A stretch of DNA of 47,151 nt from assembly GCA_041547255.1 (NCBI GenBank), contig JBFEUX010000001.1:1-47151 (forward strand). Direction: 5' to 3'. Under the pieces are notes generated by a model. The model did not search any database and was not told where the DNA came from. It saw only the letters and a list, made by a program, of their open reading frames with translations. Position 1 is the stretch's first letter; every line of letters starts with the position of its first letter. This stretch comes from Bacteriovoracaceae bacterium. GTDB taxonomy: Bacteria > Bdellovibrionota > Bacteriovoracia > Bacteriovoracales > Bacteriovoracaceae. A program made the translations under genes and the position numbers. This document shows, one piece after another, positions 8,762 through 16,403 of the stretch.

Positions 8762-9358
8762 TTATATGGATGAACTATTTAATTGTAAAAAGCGAACTTC
8801 ATTTTCCTCAAAATTAACCAGGATTTCTTTTTCTACCCAAAGCCCCATTTTATTTTGATAAAGGCTGATACTCTCGATAGGCAGCTCACCATTATGCTGA
8901 AACTCAGTCTTGGCATGGGCAATAACGTCATGCAGTTCCGTCTCATAACTAAAAACCCCAAGAGGTAAAAATTGCCGCTTATTTTCTTTGTATTTTATCG
9001 AACGAGGGATAAAAGACTTACAAATATCTAAAACAACCTCAGAGCAAAATTCCAAATCAGAGCAATAGGAAGGATTGAGATAGAGTAAATGCCTTCTTTT
9101 GTATTCGTGCACTCCCACTCCGGTAAAAGCGAGTTTTGGCGTCTCTGATTTACCATAGAAAAATGTTTCCATTTCTTCCTTTAAAGTCTCTGCCAAATCA
9201 TCTACGTCCCGATCAAATATTTCAAAGGGAGCTAACATCGACATGTGCGGAAAACAGTAATGATTGTACTTGGGATCAAAGCGTTTGCGAAAACCGGTTA
9301 TCTTTCGAGATAAAAGGCCATCGCTTGAAAAGTTTAAACCGACGAAAAACTTGGCCAT
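8762..9358 (-). CDS. Hypothetical protein, possibly 2H phosphoesterase (LigT-like) superfamily with a degenerate second motif
   Basis: Start moved to MAKFFVGLNF (ATG at 9358). FPHMSMLAPF resembles the first H-x-T/S-x motif, but I could not find a clean second motif. It lies 8 bp upstream of the barrel-like gene. Confidence 0.3.
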   Translation of the reverse strand: MAKFFVGLNFSSDGLLSRKITGFRKRFDPKYNHYCFPHMSMLAPFEIFDRDVDDLAETLKEEMETFFYGKSETPKLAFTGVGVHEYKRRHLLYLNPSYCSDLEFCSEVVLDICKSFIPRSIKYKENKRQFLPLGVFSYETELHDVIAHAKTEFQHNGELPIESISLYQNKMGLWVEKEILVNFEENEVRFLQLNSSSI

Positions 9359-9442
9359 AGAACACCCCATTCCTTTGAGGTTGATTGGGTCACCATTAAC
9401 CCACTAATATATTCTAGTTTTTAATATAGATCTTTAGCAAGC

Positions 9443-9469
9443 AAAAAAAATGGGGCCGTCATGGCCCCA
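9443..9469 (-). terminator. Rho-independent terminator of eno
   Basis: Minus sense reads tggggcc-atgac-ggcccca followed by tttttttt, about 20 nt after the eno stop codon. Confidence 0.85.
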
Positions 9470-9490
9470 GATATTGCTCTTTATTTTCAA

Positions 9491-10780
9491 TTACTTAATA
9501 GGATCATACTTTGCAGTATTTTCCATATACTCTTCAATTCGCAGTAGTTGATTATATTTCTCAATCCTATCCGAACGACTGGCAGAACCAGTTTTAATAT
9601 GGCCGGCCCCCGAAGCAATGGCAAGGTCAGCGATAAAATGATCGGCAGTTTCACCTGAGCGATGGGAAATGATGGTTTTGTAATTGGACTCATAAGCGAG
9701 CTTTAATGTATCAAATGTCTCAGATATCGTACCAATCTGGTTGATCTTAACTAAGATAGCATTGGCCTCACCATTTTTAATTCCCTCTCCGAAAATTTTG
9801 GCATTAGTTACAAATAGGTCATCACCTACCAATACACATTTATCACCAAGTGCTTGAGTTAATCTGGTCCAACCTGCGTGATCACTTTCGTCAAGTCCAT
9901 CTTCAATTGAATAGATAGGAAGAGTATTTACTAGATTCTCATAATATTTAATAAGTTCATCAGTGGTAAATTCCTTACCATCCATTCTATAAACTTGCTT
10001 ATCTTTATCGTAGAACTCAGAGGCTGCACAATCTAAACTAACAGAAATCTCATCACCCCATTTATACCCAGCTTTTTCCACCGCTTCTTTAATACAAGTA
10101 AATGCCTCGTCTTGTGACTGGAGATTAGGAGCAAACCCACCTTCATCACCAACATTTGTAGAGTAACCTTTATCTGCAAGTACTTTTTTTAGATTGTGAA
10201 AGACCTCAACACCAGCTCTTAGATTTTCAGAAAATGGTTTGCCATGTAAATGAGGTACAATCATAAATTCTTGAATATCAAGATTGTTTGAAGCATGCTC
10301 TCCTCCATTAATGATATTCATTAAAGGAGCAGGATGTCTCATATACCCACAAGCATTAGGACAGTTTAAATTTTTATTTAAATATTCATATAGAGGAAGT
10401 TTCGCTTCCTGAGCTCCCGCACGACAAGCGGCCATAGATACGGCCAACATCGCATTCGCCCCAAGATTAGTTTTAAAATCAGTTCCATCTATTTCTAACA
10501 TGGTATTATCAATGGCACGTAGATCACTTACTTCCATACCAATAACTTTTGGAGCTATCTTTTCAGTAATATTAGTAATGGCCTTGCGAACAGATTTTCC
10601 CATATAATAAGACTTATCCCCATCTCTTAACTCTAAAGCTTCTCTGGATCCAGTACTTGCTCCACTAGGAACTGAAGCTAATACATTTGCCCCTGCCTCA
10701 GTATGCATTTCAACTTCAACAGTTGGATTACCTCTTGAATCTAATATTTGACGCGCGATAATCTTACTTATCTTTGACAT
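9491..10780 (-). CDS. eno: Enolase (phosphopyruvate hydratase)
   Basis: MSKISKIIARQILDSRGNPTVEVE N-terminus, SHRSGETAD, IKTGSASRSDRIEKYNQLLRIEE. Start set at the ATG at 10780, preceded by ggaggagaat. The longer track ORF (to 10861) runs through a repeat hairpin. Confidence 0.97.
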   Translation of the reverse strand: MSKISKIIARQILDSRGNPTVEVEMHTEAGANVLASVPSGASTGSREALELRDGDKSYYMGKSVRKAITNITEKIAPKVIGMEVSDLRAIDNTMLEIDGTDFKTNLGANAMLAVSMAACRAGAQEAKLPLYEYLNKNLNCPNACGYMRHPAPLMNIINGGEHASNNLDIQEFMIVPHLHGKPFSENLRAGVEVFHNLKKVLADKGYSTNVGDEGGFAPNLQSQDEAFTCIKEAVEKAGYKWGDEISVSLDCAASEFYDKDKQVYRMDGKEFTTDELIKYYENLVNTLPIYSIEDGLDESDHAGWTRLTQALGDKCVLVGDDLFVTNAKIFGEGIKNGEANAILVKINQIGTISETFDTLKLAYESNYKTIISHRSGETADHFIADLAIASGAGHIKTGSASRSDRIEKYNQLLRIEEYMENTAKYDPIK

Positions 10781-10810
10781 ATTCTCCTCCCAAGTTTTTT
10801 TAGCTATCAT

Positions 10811-10835
10811 AAAGGTGCCAGGCACCTTTTGGTAG
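10811..10835. repeat. REP-like hairpin repeat, left copy
   Basis: aaaggtgccaggcaccttttggtag. It contains the self-complementary aaaggtgcc/ggcaccttt and is the exact reverse complement of 11561-11585. Confidence 0.9.
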
Positions 10836-10845
10836 CGACGCCGCG

Positions 10846-11469
10846 TCAAGAGAGGGGGCATATTTTTTGTCGAGTTCCACGATCTACAAGCTGGCTAAGT
10901 TCGGATCTTCTTAGTCCTTTGCGAATGGATTCAATTTCTTTTTGAGATACCTTTTCATTTAACCAATGAAGAGCAAATTCATCTTTAAAGCCAAAGGCAT
11001 CAACAAGCTGGAAAGGAAGAGGATGATTTTTTACAATACTGAATAAGGTACTATAAGGATAATTCTCACACTTTTTCGTTAAGTTTGCCCTTACAGGATT
11101 TTGATATACGTAACGGTAGCAATTGTAAAAATAAGTTTGAGAACGTATCAGACACCATTTATACCGCCCTCCAAAGACTTGATTTATACGCTTTGTTCTA
11201 GTCCTTATAAGTAAGCTTAATCGCTTATTAAGTTCATACATAAATTTATCTAAGTTCTTATCAGGTGTTCGAACAATTAAATGATAATGATTGGCCATTA
11301 AAACAAAAGCTATTATTTCAACAGAGTGTACTGAATTAGCATGACTTAGTGAATGAAGGCACATCTTCCAAACTTCATTCAGCGGTATTTCAAACCATTC
11401 TTTGTTATTTGTTCGAGTGGTGACATGATAAGGATATAAATGAGTTCTAATTAAGTTTGATCTTCCCAT
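10846..11469 (-). CDS. IS200-like Y1 (HUH) transposase, REP-associated tyrosine transposase (RAYT)-like
   Basis: 207 aa. HUH motif in FVLMANHYHLIVRTP, and a catalytic-Tyr region YRYVYQNPVRANL, typical of PF01797-type proteins. Confidence 0.8.
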   Translation of the reverse strand: MGRSNLIRTHLYPYHVTTRTNNKEWFEIPLNEVWKMCLHSLSHANSVHSVEIIAFVLMANHYHLIVRTPDKNLDKFMYELNKRLSLLIRTRTKRINQVFGGRYKWCLIRSQTYFYNCYRYVYQNPVRANLTKKCENYPYSTLFSIVKNHPLPFQLVDAFGFKDEFALHWLNEKVSQKEIESIRKGLRRSELSQLVDRGTRQKICPLS

Positions 11470-11560
11470 GAACTAAGCTATGCAACAATCAAACGAAATC
11501 GTCAGCAAATGACATAAAACAGCACAAGAGTTTTTCATTTGTGAAATATGACGCAAACCT

Positions 11561-11585
11561 CTACCAAAAGGTGCCTGGCACCTTT
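11561..11585. repeat. REP-like hairpin repeat, right copy
   Basis: ctaccaaaaggtgcctggcaccttt. It overlaps the stop codon (11584-11586) of the CpaF-type ATPase gene. Confidence 0.9.
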
Positions 11586-12729
11586 AGGCGGCTTTTTTTC
11601 TTTCTGCTAACAGTTGGGGGACGGCCCACTGAGGAGGTTTGAACATAGATTTCTTGATATCGAGATTGTTAGATACAAACTTATCATAAAAAGTTGGAAC
11701 GTATCCACAAGGAACCATTTCACCAACCAATTTTTTAGTTTCAGGGTCTTTTCCGGTTTGAATCCAGCGAAAGATATCGCGAGTGATATATCGCCCGTAT
11801 TGATCAACGCCCAGAACTTCTGAAATATGCGAAGTCCTTCTTCCCCCATCATGATAACGGTTACACTGCACGATTAAATCAATGGCCGAACCTACCATTT
11901 TTCTAATGGCATCCGCAGGAATTTTAGTTTCCCCCATCATGCAAAGAGTCTCCATTCTGGTACAAGCTTCACTAGGTCCGTTGGCATGAACTGTTCCCAT
12001 AGAACCGTCATGGCCCGTCCCCATTGCATTAAGAAGATCCAACGCTTCAGTTCCTCGGACCTCCCCAACAATAATTCGATCAGGTCTAAGCCTCAAAGCT
12101 GACTCCATTAAATCACGAATACTAACATCTATTTTTCCCTCTGCGGGGTCAGCTTTTTGCGCCTCTAAATATACCACATGATCTGCATGAATTTGTAATT
12201 CCGAAGAGTCTTCTATGACCAACAATCTCTGAGTGTCAGGCATACTTGATCCCAAAATATTAAGCATCGTCGTTTTACCAGAGCCCGTACCACCACTTAC
12301 CAAAGTATTAACTCCGATATACATAGTACGACTTAAAAATCTTGCCGCATCTTGAGAGATTGCTCCAAACTTGACCAAGTCCGATAATTTTAATTTTTCT
12401 TGTTTAAATTTTCTGATGGCACAGACTGTTCCACATTGAGCTAGATCCCCTAAGACAACAGCTACTCTGGAACCATCAGGAAGTCTGGCATCAAGCCGAG
12501 GGTTATCTTTATCTAAGTTTCGATTTACACTTCGGGCAATAGCAATCATCGCCGCTTGTAGAGTATGCTCATCTGAAAACTTATTAGGTGCTTTTACGAC
12601 AAGACCATTTTTTTCAATAAAAATATTACCAGCACCATTGATCATAACTTCAGAAACAGTTGGATCATCTAAGAGATCCTTAATCGGTGCAAGTTGTGAA
12701 TCAATTATATCCCGTAAAAAATCGCTCAT
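11584..12729 (-). CDS. CpaF/TadA-family (VirB11-like) secretion ATPase, stand-alone
   Basis: Walker A SGGTGSGKTT, VIEDSSEL, RLRPDRIIVGEVRG, GHDGSMGTVHANG. Start chosen at MSDFLRD because its ATG overlaps the upstream stop codon as TAATG at 12727-12731. An alternative start is at 12753. Confidence 0.88.
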   Translation of the reverse strand: MSDFLRDIIDSQLAPIKDLLDDPTVSEVMINGAGNIFIEKNGLVVKAPNKFSDEHTLQAAMIAIARSVNRNLDKDNPRLDARLPDGSRVAVVLGDLAQCGTVCAIRKFKQEKLKLSDLVKFGAISQDAARFLSRTMYIGVNTLVSGGTGSGKTTMLNILGSSMPDTQRLLVIEDSSELQIHADHVVYLEAQKADPAEGKIDVSIRDLMESALRLRPDRIIVGEVRGTEALDLLNAMGTGHDGSMGTVHANGPSEACTRMETLCMMGETKIPADAIRKMVGSAIDLIVQCNRYHDGGRRTSHISEVLGVDQYGRYITRDIFRWIQTGKDPETKKLVGEMVPCGYVPTFYDKFVSNNLDIKKSMFKPPQWAVPQLLAERKKAA

Positions 12730-13175
12730 TAATCGTAATCCCTCGGAATCCAATGCTTAACTTGGCCCTCTTCAGATTCACTGGCCACGCCCCGAGCCTG
12801 CTCTTGCTCAGAACTGAATTTTTCAAATACAGTAAAATGACCATTAAACTTAGAGGAAGGACAGTAAAAGCGAAAACGACCCGGATGATCAACGATGACC
12901 TCCGCTTCATTTACCACGCCTTTTTCTGCGGCCACAAATATTTCATGTTTTTGTAAGACAAAGCACTGGCTTTTCTTAGAAGTAGAAGTGATATAAAAAC
13001 GCACTTTTTCCCCTTGAAAGGCCATGATTTTATTTGGATAAAATCCATCATCAGTGACTATCACTGAAATCTCTCTAAGTGGTGTTTTAAACATTTTCTT
13101 CTTAAAATTTTTCTTAACTCCCTGCCCAAAAGCAGTGCTTAAAAAGAGAAAGAAAATGACAAGCAGTGATTTCAC
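12729..13175 (-). CDS. Periplasmic cupredoxin-like (PF13473-like) protein with a non-canonical ligand set
   Basis: Signal peptide MKSLLVIFFLFLSTAFG. The pattern GFYPNKIMAFQGEKVRFYITS...GRFRFYCPSSKFNGHFTV matches a single cupredoxin domain, but the usual first His is absent. Confidence 0.45.
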   Translation of the reverse strand: MKSLLVIFFLFLSTAFGQGVKKNFKKKMFKTPLREISVIVTDDGFYPNKIMAFQGEKVRFYITSTSKKSQCFVLQKHEIFVAAEKGVVNEAEVIVDHPGRFRFYCPSSKFNGHFTVFEKFSSEQEQARGVASESEEGQVKHWIPRDYD

Positions 13176-13242
13176 AAAAGCTCCTTAGAATACTTATCAA
13201 CTTGCTTATCGGAGCTTTACTAAAGTACTTTAGTCTGACTTG

Positions 13243-13560
13243 CTAAAATCTATGATTTTCAATACTTACAATCTCAAATGCGACTTCTTCATAGGGGTGA
13301 GTAAGCTTTAGGGCCCCAACCGCCTGGCGAATATTATCTTCCAAGCAAAGAATCTCAATTCGAAGTTCAGCTAATTTTTCCAACTTTCCTTGGCTTCCAA
13401 TGCTTGGATTTGCCCCCGCCAAAGGCTTAAATTGCCCTTGCCCCAAAGTTTGCCAACTGCAACATGAATAATTACCCAAGGTGCCGGCACCAGTTGCAAA
13501 AATCGCCTCTTTAACCTTCTCAGCATATTGCTCCGGTACGTAAAAAATCAATTTATACAT
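13243..13560 (-). CDS. YqfO/NIF3 C-terminal-like small protein
   Basis: MYKLIFYVPEQYAEKVKEAIFATGAGTLGNYSCCSWQTLGQGQFKPL...HPYEEVAFEI resembles the ~100-aa YqfO family. Start set at the ATG at 13560. The longer track ORF has an implausible Phe/Cys-rich leader. Confidence 0.6.
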   Translation of the reverse strand: MYKLIFYVPEQYAEKVKEAIFATGAGTLGNYSCCSWQTLGQGQFKPLAGANPSIGSQGKLEKLAELRIEILCLEDNIRQAVGALKLTHPYEEVAFEIVSIENHRF

Positions 13561-13735
13561 CGCGCACCCCTTATTAGTAAGCTTATAACACAAAACAAAC
13601 ATTAACTTACATAGTCCTTTATTACTAGACAGTACTTGATGAAAACGTAAGAATATTCTCCTGAAAAGGAATTTGAAAAAGTAAAATTCACAAATCAAAA
13701 AAACACAAAATTAATTCTATGCTCATGGAGGGTAT

Positions 13736-14611
13736 ATGCTTAAGAAATTAATTGCATTAGTTACGATGCTGGCCACTGTTTCAGGGTTTACGTGTACAAT
13801 TGATGGCACTGAAGGTTTATTGCCAGAAAATGATCTTTGGATCTCTACTTCAAACAAAAGCATCAACTCAATGAGCGAGGCTAGATTTAACGCTGTCATT
13901 GATAAAGTTCTTAAAATCTACGAACCAATCGTTAGTAGTTTAGGTGGAACACTAAAGGTTGAGAGAAACTGGGAAGATGGAACTGTTAATGCCTATGCCC
14001 AGAGAAAAGGTGATACCTGGAGTGTAGCAATGTTCGGTGGTCTTGCCAGACATAGCGCTATTACCGAAGATGGTTTTGCTCTAGTTGTTTGTCACGAATT
14101 AGGTCACCATATTGGTGGAGCTCCTAAAAAAACCTCTTGGTTTGGAACTCGTTGGGCAAGTAACGAGGGACAAGCTGATTATTTTGCAACTCTAAAATGT
14201 TTAAGAAAGGTCTTTAGAGCAGAAGGAAATAGCAAACAAGTTGTTGCTAAAATGAATGTACCTGAAGCTGTAGTATCAAAATGTGCAGAGCAATTCTCTA
14301 ACAAAGTTGACCAAGTCATTTGCCAAAGAGGTTCTATGGCCGGGTTAAGTACTGCTAAACTTTTTCAAGCCTTAAGTCGTCAGACAACGGCCCCAGATTT
14401 TACGACGCCTGATCCAAAAGAGGTTTCTAGAACTGATCACAATCACCCAAAAACGCAATGTCGTCTAGATACTTATTTTCAAGGCGCACTTTGTACAATT
14501 GATGAAATGGTAGATGTGGATCAAGATGATGAAGCAGTCGGTGTTTGCTACCGCGCATCTGGAGATACTATTGGGGTAAGACCACTTTGTTGGTTCAAAC
14601 CTAGTAACTAG
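13736..14611 (+). CDS. Secreted zinc metalloprotease (gluzincin-like HEXXH...E)
   Basis: Signal peptide MLKKLIALVTMLATVSGF, HELGH, then NEGQADY about 20 residues downstream (thermolysin-like spacing). There are several Cys pairs. Confidence 0.65.
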   Translation: MLKKLIALVTMLATVSGFTCTIDGTEGLLPENDLWISTSNKSINSMSEARFNAVIDKVLKIYEPIVSSLGGTLKVERNWEDGTVNAYAQRKGDTWSVAMFGGLARHSAITEDGFALVVCHELGHHIGGAPKKTSWFGTRWASNEGQADYFATLKCLRKVFRAEGNSKQVVAKMNVPEAVVSKCAEQFSNKVDQVICQRGSMAGLSTAKLFQALSRQTTAPDFTTPDPKEVSRTDHNHPKTQCRLDTYFQGALCTIDEMVDVDQDDEAVGVCYRASGDTIGVRPLCWFKPSN

Positions 14612-14632
14612 AAATATCAAAAAATTCATAAT

Positions 14633-14669
14633 AAAAAAGCCCCTGTTTTAAACAGGGGCTATTTTTTTT
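14633..14669. terminator. Bidirectional rho-independent terminator between convergent genes
   Basis: aaaaaa-agcccctgtt-tta-aacaggggct-a-tttttttt. It has a 10-bp perfect stem with an A-run and a T-run on either side. Confidence 0.9.
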
Positions 14670-14690
14670 AGCCAATATATTAATAAAATT

Positions 14691-16391
14691 TTATTTCTTT
14701 TTGGCCCAAGAATCTTTTAATGTCACAGTTCGGTTATAAACAGGAGTTCCAGCTTTACTTAATTTAGTATCTACAGTGAAATAGCCCATCCTCTCGAACT
14801 GAAATTGCTCCCCTGCACCAGCTTGGCCCAAGAATGGCTCTACTTTTGCCTTGATAATAGTAAGCGAGTTAGGATTTAGCTCATTTAAAAAGTTTTCAGC
14901 AGCTGCTGGATTTTCATGTTTAAATAATCGATCGTACAAGCGAACTTCTACATCTTTTGCATCACTCGCATTTACCCAGTGAATAATCCCTTTTACCTTT
15001 TTCTCAAGAGCAGCGGGCTGCTGGCCTCCAAAAGAATCTTCATAGTAACTACACTTTAACTCAACGACATTTCCAGCATCATCTTGCACTACCTCATCAC
15101 AGGTAATCACATATCCATAGCGCAATCTCACCGAACGCCCTGGCCCTAGACGGAACCATTTTTTAGGACTTGGTGGATCCAACATAAAGTCGCTGGCCTC
15201 AATATATAGCTCTTTGCCAAAGTTAATTTTACGAGTACCAAAGCTTTCATCTTGTGGATGAAAAGGAGCTTCAATTTCCTTATTCTCACCTTCCCAGTTC
15301 GTTATAGTAACTTTGATTGGATCCAAAACACCTAGACAACGTTTGGTCGTACGGTTTAATTCATCCCGCACATTTGCTTCTAAAATTGAAAACTCAATAA
15401 CACTATCTTGTTTTCCTACCCCAATTTGCTCATTAAAATTCCAAATTGCAGCAGCTGGATATCCTCTTCTACGAACCCCACTAATAGTTGGCATACGCGG
15501 ATCATCCCAGCCATCCACATGATTTTCCTGCACCAACTGTAAAAGTTTTCTCTTACTCATCACGGTATAATCCAAGTTTAATCTGGCAGACTCATATTGA
15601 TGTGGACGTGCCGGGGCCGTTACATTTTCTACAAACCAGTCATAAATACGACGATTATCTTGAAACTCAAGAGTACAAAGAGAATGAGTAATTCCTTCGA
15701 TGGCATCACTTAGCCCATGTGTGTAATCATACATAGGATAGATACACCACTTATCTCCTGTTCGATGATGATGGGCATGTTTAATTCTATACATGATGGG
15801 ATCACGCATGCACATAAATGGTGAGGCCATATCAACTTTGGCCCTTAGGACTTTTTCCCCATCCTTGTATTTTCCTTCTTTCATTTCTGAAAAAAGTTTT
15901 AAATTTTCTTCAATCGTTCTATCACGATAAGGTGAATTCGTTCCTGGCTTTTCAAAACTTCCACGAGTTGCAGTGATCTCATCAGGTGTTTGATCATCTA
16001 CATAAGCTAAGCCTTTCTCAATTAATTCAATTGCAAATTCATAAAGGCGATCAAAATAATCCGAAGAAAAAAAGAGATTGCCATCCCAATCAGCGCCTAA
16101 CCATTTAACATCTTCTTCAATGGCCTCAACATATTTCGTTTCTTCTTTTTCAGGATTGGTATCATCAAAACGAAGATGGAAACGAGACTTTGGTTCGTTA
16201 TTGTAAGCAAGACCATAGTTTAAACAGATTGCTTTGGAATGCCCCAGGTGTAAGAAACCATTTGGTTCTGGGGGAAATCTGGTAATCACCCAACCATCGT
16301 GTTTTCCAGCATCTAAATCTGCAGCAATAATATTTTCAATAAAATTGCGATGCTCTTTTTTATTAGTGGGAACTCTCTCTTTATCAAACAT
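14691..16391 (-). CDS. glnS: Glutaminyl-tRNA synthetase
   Basis: 566 aa. HIGH-type PEPNGFLHLGH, KMSKS-type VMSKRKL, and class I GlxRS architecture with a C-terminal anticodon-binding beta-barrel length. Confidence 0.93.
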   Translation of the reverse strand: MFDKERVPTNKKEHRNFIENIIAADLDAGKHDGWVITRFPPEPNGFLHLGHSKAICLNYGLAYNNEPKSRFHLRFDDTNPEKEETKYVEAIEEDVKWLGADWDGNLFFSSDYFDRLYEFAIELIEKGLAYVDDQTPDEITATRGSFEKPGTNSPYRDRTIEENLKLFSEMKEGKYKDGEKVLRAKVDMASPFMCMRDPIMYRIKHAHHHRTGDKWCIYPMYDYTHGLSDAIEGITHSLCTLEFQDNRRIYDWFVENVTAPARPHQYESARLNLDYTVMSKRKLLQLVQENHVDGWDDPRMPTISGVRRRGYPAAAIWNFNEQIGVGKQDSVIEFSILEANVRDELNRTTKRCLGVLDPIKVTITNWEGENKEIEAPFHPQDESFGTRKINFGKELYIEASDFMLDPPSPKKWFRLGPGRSVRLRYGYVITCDEVVQDDAGNVVELKCSYYEDSFGGQQPAALEKKVKGIIHWVNASDAKDVEVRLYDRLFKHENPAAAENFLNELNPNSLTIIKAKVEPFLGQAGAGEQFQFERMGYFTVDTKLSKAGTPVYNRTVTLKDSWAKKK

Positions 16392-16403
16392 TTTTAATCC
16401 TAA

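Larger units (their letters stand above)
10811..11585 (-). mobile_element. RAYT-like unit: a Y1/HUH transposase gene bracketed by an inverted pair of identical 25-bp hairpin repeats
   Basis: A perfect 25-bp inverted repeat (10811-10835 and 11561-11585) flanks the 207-aa IS200-like/Y1 transposase ORF. Confidence 0.7.

Noticed and set aside
10781-10861. 27-codon N-terminal extension of enolase in the ORF track (MPPLLTRRRYQKVPGTF...).
   Set aside because: The extension reads through the REP-like hairpin and overlaps the RAYT gene. The canonical enolase N-terminus MSKISKIIARQILDSRGNP starts at 10780 with a good RBS.
13480-13491. 12-bp perfect palindrome ggtgccggcacc, resembling the core of the REP-like hairpin.
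   Set aside because: It lies inside the YqfO-like coding sequence (GAGTLG codons), lacks the flanking aaa/ttt and ttggtag parts of the repeat, and is most simply a coincidence.
13561-13698. 46-codon N-terminal extension of the YqfO-like ORF (MICEFYFFKFLFRRIFLRF...).
   Set aside because: This leader is implausible and lies in what is more likely the divergent promoter region shared with the metalloprotease gene. Family members start at MYKL-type sequences.
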